DNA of 64,000 nucleotides, taken from NCBI GenBank assembly GCA_963839575.1, contig CAWIVQ010000003.1, forward strand, positions 2,432,601 through 2,496,600, in the 5' to 3' direction. Position numbers and translations under genes: made by a program. Origin of the DNA: an uncultured Actinomycetes bacterium. Lineage in GTDB: Bacteria; Actinomycetota; Acidimicrobiia; IMCC26256; PALSA-610. Of the stretch, positions 33,972-44,310 are shown in pieces. Below the pieces are notes generated by a model. That model was not told where the DNA came from. It made no database searches and was given only the letters and a program-made list of their open reading frames with translations. The number at the start of each line of letters is the position of its first letter. The stretch's first letter is position 1.

Positions 33972-34827
33972 TCAGTGCGCCGGTGCGGTCTCCCAGAACT
34001 CGCGAAGTTCGCCGGGAAGTACCGCGGCGATGTCTTGCGCCTCGTCACGGACCATCCCGCGCAGGCTTGCGATCACGGCGCGCGTGATCTCCTCCGCGTG
34101 CCGAGGGTCGATGCGCCCTTCGGCCGTCACCGCGGCGACCAACTGCGGCAACGTCTTGAGCCGCGGCGAACGCTCGCCGCGCCGCCGCGCGGGCCCGGCC
34201 AGCGAGCGGACGTCGACGGGCAGGTGCGCGAGCACATGGGCACGTTCTTGGTCGGGTATCCGATCCAAGAACCCGCACAAGACCGCGTGCACCGCCGCGC
34301 GCTGCGTCCGCGCTCGCACCGGCGTCTCGGGCGGCGCTCAACAGGGTGCGCATCGCGTCCGACGGAGGGAGCATCTCGCCCGCACCCTCTGAGGGCCGGG
34401 TATCGCTCGGGATCAGGCCCGCGTGCAGGTGTGACTCGAGACCGGCCACCCCGCTGACGCGCATGACCTCGCACTCGATCGCGCCGGCAACCCGCTCGTC
34501 GGGAACCTCGCCGTGCACGACGGCCACGTGGTCTTCGACCATCACGTGCACGTGGGGCACGTCGAGCCGCTTCTCGAGCGGTCCCAGACTCGAACGGATC
34601 CGGTCCGCGAGGATGTCGTCGCTCACGTTCGGGTCGGGCCGGCGACCCGCGAGGCGGTATACGAGCCCCGGCGCGCTCGCGGCCGCGTACCGGACGTCAC
34701 GTCCGAGGCGATCGGCGAGCCTCCGGGCGCGGCGCCCGAGGTCACTGTCCGGCTTCGTCGCGACCACCATTCCGATCGCGCCTGCCGCCAGTCCTGCCGC
34801 TTGCACGAGCTTCTTCGTAATTGCCAT
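33972..34827 (-). CDS. BON domain + DUF2267-like fusion protein (frameshift ~34310)
   Basis: SDDILADRIRSSLG...VHVMVEDHVAVVHGEV...VSGVAGLESHL (BON); AVLCGFLDRIP...IAAVLPGELREFW (DUF2267-like). Confidence 0.7.
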
Positions 34828-34904
34828 CGCGCGCTCCCTTCGGCCGACGACCATCATCGGCCCGGCGTCGTCGCAACGGCAGTGCCGCGCGGCCCGTCGT
34901 GCGC

Positions 34905-34918
34905 GGGACCAACGACCC
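34905..34918. promoter_or_regulatory. DosR/OsdR-like box GGGAC-CAAC-GACCC
   Basis: Perfect GGGNC-N4-GNCCC, about 78 bp upstream of the BON gene start. Confidence 0.5.
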
Positions 34919-34945
34919 GCGCACACGGAGCGACGTCGCGCGCGG

Positions 34946-35593
34946 TCAGGCGTGGCCGGTGCGTTCGGGTGCGGAGTCGTGAGGCGCGGAATTGCGCCAG
35001 TGATCGACCCCTTCGTTGACGGCGAACCCGGCGACGAGGAACGCGGCGGCGGCATCCGTCCACCACCAGGCGAACCAGGTGTTGAGCACGAGGGCGATGA
35101 GGATGCCCGTGCTCAGACACCCGTCGAGGAACGTCATCGCGGCCTCGGCGGTGAGCGGCTCGCTGCCCAGTGCGGCGGCGGTCGTGTGCTTGAGTCGCGC
35201 GAGGCCGAACATCGCGAACGCGGTGAGGGCCAGGTACGCGACACCGAGAGGTGAGCTGTCGGGGCGGTCGCCCCGGACGAGGCCGCGGATGCTGACGACG
35301 ATCAAGAACGCGGCGAGCAACCAGAAGGCGGCGGCGATCAACCGAAGTGATCGGTGTACCCGCCGGTCGCCGGGGTCGCTGCGGCCGTCGTGCAGGTTCC
35401 GGATGACGACCATCGAGGCGAAGATCTCGACGACCGAGTCGAGCCCGAACGCGATCAGGGCCAGCGAACCGGCCTTCAGCCCGAGCGAGATGGTGACGAC
35501 CACCTCCATGGCGTTCCAACCATTGGTGGCCCACTCGAGGCGCAGGCCCCGCTGCCGCAACTCCTCAGTACTCCGGCGTGTCATCCCCACCAT
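34946..35593 (-). CDS. Cation efflux (CDF-like) membrane protein
   Basis: GSLALIAFGLDSVVE, WWWTDAAAA. Confidence 0.8.
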   Translation of the reverse strand: MVGMTRRSTEELRQRGLRLEWATNGWNAMEVVVTISLGLKAGSLALIAFGLDSVVEIFASMVVIRNLHDGRSDPGDRRVHRSLRLIAAAFWLLAAFLIVVSIRGLVRGDRPDSSPLGVAYLALTAFAMFGLARLKHTTAAALGSEPLTAEAAMTFLDGCLSTGILIALVLNTWFAWWWTDAAAAFLVAGFAVNEGVDHWRNSAPHDSAPERTGHA

Positions 35594-35631
35594 TCAACAC
35601 GGCGACCGCGAACACGGCGGCCGGGGGCGGT

Positions 35632-36486
35632 TCAGCGCACCTGGGAGAGGAACGTCACGACCGCGTCGTTGAACAGATCGTTGCGGTCGCCCGCGACCAT
35701 GTGGCCGGCGCCGGCGACGTCGACCAACCGCGCGTGCGGCACGAGCTCGAGAAGCTCGCGCGCGCCCTCTTCGCTGAGCAGGTCGCTCACCCGGCCGCGC
35801 ACGAGCAGCGTCGGAAGCGTGAGTGCCTGCGCCGCCTTCTTCAGCCGCACGGGATCGACGAGCGACGAACGGGTCTCGTCGGCGCCGCCCAGCCGGCCCC
35901 CGATGAAGGTCGGGTCCCAGTGCCAGTACCAGCGGCCGTCCGCGCCGTGCCGGAGGTTCTTTTGGAGACCCCCGAGATCGGACGGGCGGGGTCGGTGCGG
36001 GTTGTAGCGCTGGATCGCGTCGGCCACCTCGTCGAGCGACGCGAATCCGTCGTCCATGTGCTCGGCCATGAACGCGCCGATGCGCATCCGGCCTTGCTCT
36101 TCCATCCGGGGCGCGACGTCGACGAGCACGAGCGCGCGGGCGACGTGCTCGTTTGTGTGCTCACCGATCGCGGCGAGCGACGACAGACCGCCGAGCGAGG
36201 CGCCGACGAGCGCCGGCGGAGCCTCGAGCGCTCGGGAGATCGCGAGGATGTCGCCGGCGAACGCGTCGAGCGTGTAGTCGCCGTCGGCCGCCCATTCGCT
36301 CTCGCCGTGACCGCGCAGGTCGACGGCATACGACCGCCAGCCCTTGTCGGCCAGAGCGCCGAGCGTGGTTCCCCACGAATGACGCGTCTGGCCGCCGCCG
36401 TGCAACAGGACCGCGGGTGGGTCGTTCGGGTCGCCGGCAACGTCGGCCGCGAGGCGGTTCCCGTCCCTCCCCGCGAACTCGATCAC
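35632..36486 (-). CDS. Alpha/beta hydrolase
   Basis: LLHGGGQTRHSW, GASLGG, GAGHMVAGD. Confidence 0.88.
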   Translation of the reverse strand: MIEFAGRDGNRLAADVAGDPNDPPAVLLHGGGQTRHSWGTTLGALADKGWRSYAVDLRGHGESEWAADGDYTLDAFAGDILAISRALEAPPALVGASLGGLSSLAAIGEHTNEHVARALVLVDVAPRMEEQGRMRIGAFMAEHMDDGFASLDEVADAIQRYNPHRPRPSDLGGLQKNLRHGADGRWYWHWDPTFIGGRLGGADETRSSLVDPVRLKKAAQALTLPTLLVRGRVSDLLSEEGARELLELVPHARLVDVAGAGHMVAGDRNDLFNDAVVTFLSQVR

Positions 36487-37686
36487 GCCGCGCGTTCGAG
36501 GATGTGCACCCCGCACGCCGAACCGAGCCCGATCACGTGGGCGAGCCCGACCGCGCGCGCCCTCGATCTGACGATCGCCGGCCTCGCCGCGGAGGTGATG
36601 GCAGATCTCCCAGATGTTCGCGATCCCGGTCGCCGCGATCGGGTGGCCCTTCGACTCGAGCCCGCCCGAGACATTGACCGGCGTCTTCCCGTCTCGCCAG
36701 GTCGCGCCGGAGCGGAAGAAGTCGGCGGCGCCGCCCTGCTCGCAGAGCATGAGGTTGTCGTAGTGAACGAGCTCCGCGGTCGCGAAGCAGTCGTGCAGCT
36801 CGACGAGATCCAGATCCTGCGGGCCGATCCCGGCCGCCTCGTAGGCTTGCTGGGCCGCGTTGCGCGTGAGCGTGTTCACGTTCGGCAGGATCTGGCACGC
36901 CTCTTCCCACGGGTCGGTCGTGAGTACCGACGCGGCCACTTTCACCGCGCGCTTGCGCTGCTCGAGCGACAGCGTCTTCAGCTTGGCGTCGCTCACGACG
37001 ACCGCGGCCGCGGCGCCGTCACAGTTGGCCGAACACATCGGCCGCGTGTTCGGGTAGGCGATCATGATGTCGTTCATGATCTCCTCGAGCGTGAACCGCT
37101 TCTGGTAGCTGGCGAGCGGGTTCAGGGTCGAGTGCGCGTGGTTCTTCTCCGAGATCTTGGCGAACAGCTCGAAGTCGACCCCGCCGTAGCGGTGGCCGTA
37201 CTCCATGCCGATCTGCGCGAACACTCCCGGCATCGTCTCGGTACCGATACGCCCGTCGACCGGCGCCACCGCGCCGTAACGACCCCGGGGCGTCCATGTG
37301 TCGGAGTCCGCCCCCCGGGCGCCGCCGGCCAGCAGCCCGGCGCCCGCGAGCTTCTCGACCCCGACTGCGAGGCCCATGTCGCACTCGCCGGCTTTGACCG
37401 CCATGATCGCGGTGCGCAACGCCGTCGCGCCCGTCGCGCAGGCGTTCACGACGTTGTAGACGGGGATGCCCGTCTGGCCGATCTGCTTTTGTATCTGCTG
37501 GCCGATGCCGCCCGCGGCGCCCATCAGGTTCCCGGCCGCGAGGATCCCCATGTCGCGCATCGTGACGCCGCCGTCCGAAAGCGCGGCCATTGCCGCTTCG
37601 CACGCGAGGTCGACGGTGTCCTTGTCGGGCTGTTTGCCGAATTTCGTCATGTTGATCCCGAGGATCCAGACGTTGTCACCGGCCAC
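36483..37686 (-). CDS. SCP2/lipid-transfer-type thiolase (frameshift ~36555)
   Basis: NACATGA, ELHDCFA, VNVSGGLESKGHPIAATG. Confidence 0.9.
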
Positions 37687-38089
37687 TGTTGGCTCCTTCC
37701 AGCGGTTCGAACCCGAACCCGATTGCTTCGGTCCCGGCGGCGTCGGCACCCACGGTCTGCGTCGTCAGTACGACGTTCATCCCGACATGTACGTGCTCCG
37801 CGTCGGGTTCCACATTGACGAGATTGGCGCGCACGCTCGTACCGTCGCAGTCGACGACCGCGGCGACGAACGGAACAGGTATCCCCGGCGCGGCGAGCGA
37901 CACGATGGTGAACGCTCGCACCTCGCCCGTCGTTGCGATCGATGCCGGCCGAAACTCGGTCCCGGAGCAATGGGCGCATGCGTTGCGGCGGTCGAAGAAG
38001 CGCGCGCCGCACGCCGCGCACTCGTGCGCGACCAGATGGGGCTCGGGCTCGAGCGCCAAGTAGTCGACCAACGGGATCCGATCCGGCAT
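37676..38089 (-). CDS. Zn-ribbon/OB-fold (DUF35) protein, thiolase partner
   Basis: CAACG...CAHC followed by GEVRAFT OB fold. Confidence 0.88.
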   Translation of the reverse strand: MPDRIPLVDYLALEPEPHLVAHECAACGARFFDRRNACAHCSGTEFRPASIATTGEVRAFTIVSLAAPGIPVPFVAAVVDCDGTSVRANLVNVEPDAEHVHVGMNVVLTTQTVGADAAGTEAIGFGFEPLEGANSGR

Positions 38090-38197
38090 ATCTGGCCTCC
38101 AGAGTGTCTCAGGAACGCTATCTACCAGCACGAGCACGTTCGGCTCCAACCGGTGCGGGGCGCGCACCCGCGACGGTGCGATCGGTGGGCGCGGCCG

Positions 38198-40149
38198 TCA
38201 CCGGGTCGGGGGCGTGGTCCGCGCCTGGAACTGGGGTGTTCGCAGCGGGCCCCCGCTCTCGGCGGGACCGGTCGGGCCGGCGCCACCCTGCAGAGCCGCG
38301 TCGACGGCGACGCCGTCGACGGTCTCGTGCGCGACGAGGTCGACGACGAGGCGATCGAGGGCGTCGCGGTGTTCGGTGAGGAGCGCGAGTGCACGCTTTT
38401 CCGCTTCTTTCAGGAGGCCGGAGACCTCTTCGTCGATCACCCGTTGTGTCGCCTCGGCGTAGTCGCGGGTGCGCACCTGCTCGGTGCCGAGGTACATCGG
38501 CGAACCGCTCGCGAACCCCACCGGGCCGAGCCGCTCACTCATGCCGTACTCGCGCACCATGCGCGTCGCGAGGTCGGTTGCGCCCGCGAGATCGCTCGAC
38601 GCGCCCGACGACGCCTCGCCCAGCACCAGCAATTCCGCGGCGCGGCCGCCGAGCCGGACCGCGAGCGAGTCCTTGAGGTAGCTCTCGCTGTAGAGGTGAC
38701 GTTCGTCGGACGGAAGTTGCTCGGTGACGCCGAGCGCTTGCCCGGCGGGCAGGATCGTCACCTTCGCGACGGGGTCGGCGTTGGGCGACAGCGCCGCGAC
38801 GAGCGCGTGCCCCGACTCGTGTACCGCCACCGCGTGCTTCTCGCCGGGCATCAACGCGTTCGTCGCCTCACGGCGCCCGAGCAGGATGCGGTCGCGCGCT
38901 TCGGAGAAGTCGGCTGCGGAGATCGTGACGCGCCCCGTCGCGCACGGCGACGATCGCGGCCTCGTTGAGCAGGTTCGCGAGGTCGGCGCCGGAAAAGCCC
39001 GGAGTCGACCGGGCGACGACGTCGAGGTCGACGTCGTCGCCGAGCTTCTTGCCGCGTGCGTGTACACGCCAAGATGGCCGTGCGCTCGCGCAGGTTGGGC
39101 AACGGGATCTCGACCTGGCGGTCGAAGCGACCGGGCCGGAGGAGCGCGGGGTCGAGCGTCTCGGGCCGGTTCGTCGCCGCGAGCACGACCACGCCCGACG
39201 TCGGGTCGAAGCCGTCCATCTCGGCGAGCATCTGATTCAGCGTCTGCTCGCGTTCGTCGTTCGACACCAGCGCGCCGCCGCGGCGTTGACCGATCGCGTC
39301 GACCTCGTCGATGAAGATGATCGCGGGCGCGGCCTTGCGCGCGGCGGCGAAGAGGTCGCGAACGCGCGCCGCGCCGACGCCGACGAACATCTCGACGAAG
39401 CTCGAACCCGTCAACGCGAAGAAGGGAACGTCGGCTTCGCCGGCGACCGCGCGTGCCAACAACGTCTTGCCGGTTCCGGGCGGCCCGACCATCAACACCC
39501 CACGTGGCGCGACCGCGCCCGCCGCGGCGTAGTGCTCCGGGTGTTTGAGGAAGTCGACGACCTCGCTGATCTCGCGCTTGGCGCCTTCGTATCCCGCGAC
39601 ATCGACGAAGCGGGTCTTCGGCCGTTCCTGGTCGTAGACCTTCGCCTTCGACGCACCGATGCCCATGACGCCGCCCGCGAGCTGCTTGGTCGCGCGGCGG
39701 CTGATGTAGAAGTACGCGCCGAGCAGCAGGAGGAGCGGCGCGAGACCACCGATGACGCTCCAAAGACTCGTGGAGTTCGTGGTTCCGCTGATCGTGACGT
39801 GGTGCTGCGTGAGCTCGGCCGTGAGCGCGTCGTCCTTCAGCGCGGCGGGGATACGCGATTCGTAGCGCGACTTGTCGGTGAGTTGTCCGGTGACCTTGCC
39901 CGACGTATCGATGATGGCGGTGTCGACCTTGTCCGCGTCGACCTTGGTCTTCCAGTCGGAGAACGTGAGTGACGTGGTCTTGGGTGACGAGCTCGGGGTG
40001 AAGAGCAACAGCAGGGTCAGGACGAGCCCGACGAGCCACACGGTGTGCAACCAGCGGGGAGCCGGCTTGCGCGTCGTCGACGGCGGCGTGGGCGTGGTCG
40101 GCGGACCCGACTTGGCCGAGCTCGAGTGGTGAGTGGAGAACGAAGACAT
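38198..40149 (-). CDS. ftsH: ATP-dependent zinc metalloprotease FtsH (frameshifts ~38940-39070)
   Basis: [30 protein letters not shown]. Confidence 0.92.
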
Positions 40150-40319
40150 GCAGATACCTGCTTCCGAAGCGCGCGCGTCCGCAAGCTACCGGAGCCCGGC
40201 GAGCCTCCGGTCCGGCGATCAGCACCACTGCCGACGCGGCCGGCGGGACCCTGTGACGTCGGCACACGATCTCGGGCGCGGGTCGACGGAGGATGGGGAG
40301 CGAAGGCGATACTGGACGA

Positions 40320-41420
40320 ATGGACCAGGGTCAGTTGAACGAGCTCGGCTTCTACGTTCTCGCCGGAGCGCCGCAGTCGCCGGTCGAGTTGATCGCGGAG
40401 GTCGCGGCGGGTGAGGAGCTCGGTCTGGGCTCGACCTTCATCTCCGAGCGCTTCAACATCAAAGAGGCCTTCACGCTTTCGGGTGCGGTTGGCGCGGTGT
40501 CGTCGACGCTCGGCATCGCGACCGCGGCGACCAACCACAACACCCGCCATCCGATCGTCACCGCATCGCACGCGACGACGATGCATCGACTCACGGGTGG
40601 GCGGTTCACGCTCGGTCTCGGACGGGGGATCGCACCCCTGTTCGACGCGTACGGCATTCCGCGGATCACCACCGCGCAGATCGAGGACTTCGTCGGTCTC
40701 ATGCGGCGGCTCTGGAAGGGCGAGGTGGTCTTCGGCCACGACGGACCCGCGGGCAAGTTCCCCGTGTTGCATCTCGACGCGTCGTTCGACGAGGACATTC
40801 CGCTCGGCTTCGTCGCGTTCGGCCCGAACTCGCTCGCCCTCGCGGGCCGGTGTTTCGACGCGGTGGTGTTGCACACCTACTTCACCGACGAGACCGTGGA
40901 ACGCTGCGTCGCGTCGGTGCGCCGCGCCGCGGAGGAGGCCGGACGCGATCCGGCGTCGGTGCGCATCTGGTCGTGCTACGCGACGATCGGCGACCATCTC
41001 CCCGAAGCGGCGCGCCTGAAGAAGACGGTCGGGCGCCTCGCCACATACCTGCAGGGCTACGGCGATCTGCTCGTCGAGACCAACGGCTGGGACCCCGCGG
41101 TCCTGGCGCGTTTTCGGGCCGACGAGGTCGTGTCGACGTTTCCGGGCGCGCTCGACACCAAAGCCGACACCGAGACGCTCGAGCACGTCGCGACGTTGTT
41201 GCCCGACGAGTGGCTCGAGCCCGCGGCGACGGGCGACGCCCGGCAGTGTGCGGCCCGCGTCCTTCGTCAGTTCGACCTCGGCGTCGACGGCGTGATCATG
41301 CACGGCGCGACTCCGGCCGAGCTCGCACCCGTCGTGCAGGAGTACCGCGCGATCCGTCCGGCGGCGCGCTTCGATGCCTGGCCCGCGAATCCCGGGCGGT
41401 CCCGGCCCGGCCCGCGGTAA
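40320..41420 (+). CDS. LLM class F420-dependent oxidoreductase (TIGR03857-like)
   Basis: FISERFNIKEA, ATNHNTRHP, GRFTLGLGRG. Confidence 0.82.
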   Translation: MDQGQLNELGFYVLAGAPQSPVELIAEVAAGEELGLGSTFISERFNIKEAFTLSGAVGAVSSTLGIATAATNHNTRHPIVTASHATTMHRLTGGRFTLGLGRGIAPLFDAYGIPRITTAQIEDFVGLMRRLWKGEVVFGHDGPAGKFPVLHLDASFDEDIPLGFVAFGPNSLALAGRCFDAVVLHTYFTDETVERCVASVRRAAEEAGRDPASVRIWSCYATIGDHLPEAARLKKTVGRLATYLQGYGDLLVETNGWDPAVLARFRADEVVSTFPGALDTKADTETLEHVATLLPDEWLEPAATGDARQCAARVLRQFDLGVDGVIMHGATPAELAPVVQEYRAIRPAARFDAWPANPGRSRPGPR

Positions 41421-41459
41421 CCCCGGACCGCGCGGTTCCGGACTCGTCGCCGGGATCGG

Positions 41460-43187
41460 CTACGCCGGCGTTGGTTCGGGTTCGGGTTCGGGTTCGGGGT
41501 CGGGTTCCGGTTCGGGGTCGGGGTCGGCTGCAGTTCCCGCCGTGACCGCGTCCGGCGCTGCGTGCGCCGCAGGATCGCCCTCGGCCGGGATGTTCGGTAC
41601 GAGCAGCGAGATGAGCGCGCCGAGGGTCACGACGGCACCGGCGAATGCGACCGCGGGCCGCGCCGCGTCCGTGACGCTCTTCGAGACGATGGTGCCGATG
41701 CGACGGCCGGTCGGCGTTTCGTTCGCGCCGGCGGGCGCGCCGCCGCCGACGCTGTCGCCGACGCCCGCGATCACCTGCTCGCGGACCGCGACCGGAATGT
41801 CGGTTGCCCGCGCGAGATCGTGGCGGACGTGGCTGGTCGCCTGGGAGACGAAGATCGCGCCGATGAGCGCGATGCCGAGCGCGGTGCCGACCTGGCGCAC
41901 CATTCCGGCTGCGCCACTCGCCGAGCCCGCTTTCTGCGGCGGGATGTCGCTGAGCACGACGTTGGTCAGCTGGCTGGTGGCGAAGCCGATGCCGATGCCG
42001 TGCAGCATGAGTGCGGGCAGCAGCCGCAAGAACGTGGTCGACGACGAGAACGCGGCCACGTAGAGCCAGATGCCGGTGGCTTCCAGCAGGAGCCCGACGG
42101 TGATCACGTACTTGGGCCCGTGGCGGCGACTGAGCTGACCGCCGATGCCGCCGCCGACGAACGCCATGATCCCGGCCGGGAGCAGCCACGTGCCGCTGCG
42201 GATGGCCGTGAGGTGCAGGCCGGCCTGCAAGAAGATCGGGAGCACGAAGAACGCGCCGAACTCTCCCATGGCCAGCACGGTCGTGTTGATCAGCCCGTAC
42301 CGGAACCCCTTGTGGACGAGATCGGAGAAGTCGAAGACGACCGGCTTGGCGCCGGTGGCGCGGCGAAGTTCGAGGAGGACGAACATCGTCAGCACGACCG
42401 CGGAGATCGCGAGCGATACGGGTACGACCGAGACCGCGTGTATCGGCCAGTCCCAACCGCCGATCGATTGGTCGCCGACGGGCTTCCACCAGCCGTAGCG
42501 CGCGGCTTCGATGATCCCGAACACCAGGGCGAGCAGTCCGACCGTCACCGCCACGACGCCCGGAAGGTCGAGTCCCTTGGCCCGCTCGTCTCGCGAGTCG
42601 CGGACGTAGATGATTCCGGCGATGATCGCCAGTGGCGCGATGACCACGTTGACCCGGAAGGCCCAGCGCCACGAGTAGTCGGTGGTCAAGATCCCGCCGA
42701 TCCACGGACCGAGTGCGCCCGCGCCGCCCGCGACCGAGCCCCACACCGCGAAGGCGACGCCGCGCTCACGCCCTTTGAACGTCGCGGAGAGGATCGACAA
42801 GGTGGCGGGCAGCATCATCGCCGCGCCGATGCCCTCGAGCAGCGATTCTCCGAGGAAGAGTTGCACGACCGAATGCGAGACCGACGCGACGAGCGATCCG
42901 ACCGCGAACAGTCCGGCACCGAGGAAGAACATCTTCCGGCGTCCGACGATGTCGCCGAGCCGGCCGAAGCTGATCAGCAGCGAGGCGAAGATCAACGAGT
43001 ATCCGGAGATCACCCACTGCAGTGACGACACCTGTGTATGAAACTCGCGGATGATCGTCGGCACCGCGACGTTCAGGATCGTGTTGTCGAGCACGATGAT
43101 GAACAGCGTGCTCGACAAGATGACGAGCGCGATCCAGCGCTTCGGGTCGTCGGGCGCGTCGTTGTCGCGGGTCCACCCGGTGGCCAT
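41460..43187 (-). CDS. DHA2 family MFS efflux transporter
   Basis: LDNTILNVAVP, GRLGDIVGRR, WRWAFRVN; C-terminal PE repeats. Confidence 0.9.
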   Translation of the reverse strand: MATGWTRDNDAPDDPKRWIALVILSSTLFIIVLDNTILNVAVPTIIREFHTQVSSLQWVISGYSLIFASLLISFGRLGDIVGRRKMFFLGAGLFAVGSLVASVSHSVVQLFLGESLLEGIGAAMMLPATLSILSATFKGRERGVAFAVWGSVAGGAGALGPWIGGILTTDYSWRWAFRVNVVIAPLAIIAGIIYVRDSRDERAKGLDLPGVVAVTVGLLALVFGIIEAARYGWWKPVGDQSIGGWDWPIHAVSVVPVSLAISAVVLTMFVLLELRRATGAKPVVFDFSDLVHKGFRYGLINTTVLAMGEFGAFFVLPIFLQAGLHLTAIRSGTWLLPAGIMAFVGGGIGGQLSRRHGPKYVITVGLLLEATGIWLYVAAFSSSTTFLRLLPALMLHGIGIGFATSQLTNVVLSDIPPQKAGSASGAAGMVRQVGTALGIALIGAIFVSQATSHVRHDLARATDIPVAVREQVIAGVGDSVGGGAPAGANETPTGRRIGTIVSKSVTDAARPAVAFAGAVVTLGALISLLVPNIPAEGDPAAHAAPDAVTAGTAADPDPEPEPDPEPEPEPEPTPA

Positions 43188-43259
43188 GGCGTCGGGGCTC
43201 GTCGTCAAGTTTCGGAGATTACTGCCGCGTCCATCCCGACGCATAGCGTCTGGCCTGTG

Positions 43260-44258
43260 ATGGAAACTCTCGGAACTCTCGGAACTCTCGTCATGCGCTT
43301 CGACCTGCGCGCGCCTGATTTCGGCGCGCCGGTCGCCGATCTGTATGCCGCCGCGCTCGACATGGCCGGTTGGGCGGAGGAACACGCCTTCACGGCCGTC
43401 GTCGTGTCGGAGCACCACGCCACCGACGACGGGTATCTCCCGTCGCCCCTCGTCATGGCTTCGGCCATCGCCGCGCGTACGAGCCGGATCGCGATCAGTG
43501 TCGCCGCGCTCCTGGTGCCGCTCTACGACCCGGTCAAGCTCGCCGAAGACATCGCGGTGCTCGATCAGGTGAGCCGGGGTCGGGTGTCGTACGTCGCGGG
43601 CCTCGGATACCGCCCGGCGGAGTACGCATCGCTCGGCCGGTCGTTCGCCGACCGGGCGCGCACTATGGAGGCGGCGATCACTTTGATGCGGCGCGCGTGG
43701 ACGGGCGAACCGTTCGAGCACGAGGGCCGGACCGTCCACGTACGACCGACTCCGTACTCACAGCCGCATCCGCTCCTGTGTTATGGGGGAGGGTCCGTGG
43801 CCGCGGCGAAGCGGGCGGCGCGCCTCGACATGCCGTTCTTCCCGCAGCTGCGCTCGGACCGGCTCGTCTCCGAATACGAGAGCGAGCGTGCGCGCCTGGG
43901 TATGGGCCCGGGCTTCGTCATCACTCCGGGAACCGGCCCGCTGAACGTCTTCGTGTCGGAAGATCCCGACCGGACGTGGGCGCAGATCGGTGCGCACCTC
44001 CTCCACGACGCCCGGAGCTATGCACAGTGGCAGCTCGACGCCGGAGTCGACTCAGTTGCGCTCGACACCGCGACCACGGTCGACGAGCTACGCCGGAATG
44101 ACGTGTACACAGTCGTGACGCCCGACACGTGTGTCGAATTGCTTCGAACACACGGTTCGCTCGCCCTGCACCCCCTGTGTGGGGGCATCCCGCCGGAGAT
44201 TGCGTGGGAATCACTCGAGCTGGTTGCTACAAAGGTGCAGCCCCGTTTCGCGGGCTGA
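43260..44258 (+). CDS. LLM class flavin-dependent oxidoreductase
   Basis: SEHHATDDGYLPSP, DPVKLAEDIAVLD, GLGYRPAEY. Confidence 0.88.
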   Translation: METLGTLGTLVMRFDLRAPDFGAPVADLYAAALDMAGWAEEHAFTAVVVSEHHATDDGYLPSPLVMASAIAARTSRIAISVAALLVPLYDPVKLAEDIAVLDQVSRGRVSYVAGLGYRPAEYASLGRSFADRARTMEAAITLMRRAWTGEPFEHEGRTVHVRPTPYSQPHPLLCYGGGSVAAAKRAARLDMPFFPQLRSDRLVSEYESERARLGMGPGFVITPGTGPLNVFVSEDPDRTWAQIGAHLLHDARSYAQWQLDAGVDSVALDTATTVDELRRNDVYTVVTPDTCVELLRTHGSLALHPLCGGIPPEIAWESLELVATKVQPRFAG

Positions 44259-44310
44259 TCAGATCGAGCCCGTGTGCGTGGTGAGTTGGCCCGCGCCTAC
44301 GCTCCGTTGA

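Noticed and set aside
35632-37749. 705-aa thiolase-hydrolase fusion in the ORF track
   Set aside because: Produced by a frameshift near 36555; the thiolase C-terminus (AVGLAHVIGLGSACGVHILE) is in another frame and stops at 36483.
41470-41530. 6-bp GGTTCG/GGGTCG microsatellite
   Set aside because: Encodes the Pro-Glu/Asp tail of the MFS transporter; ordinary low complexity.
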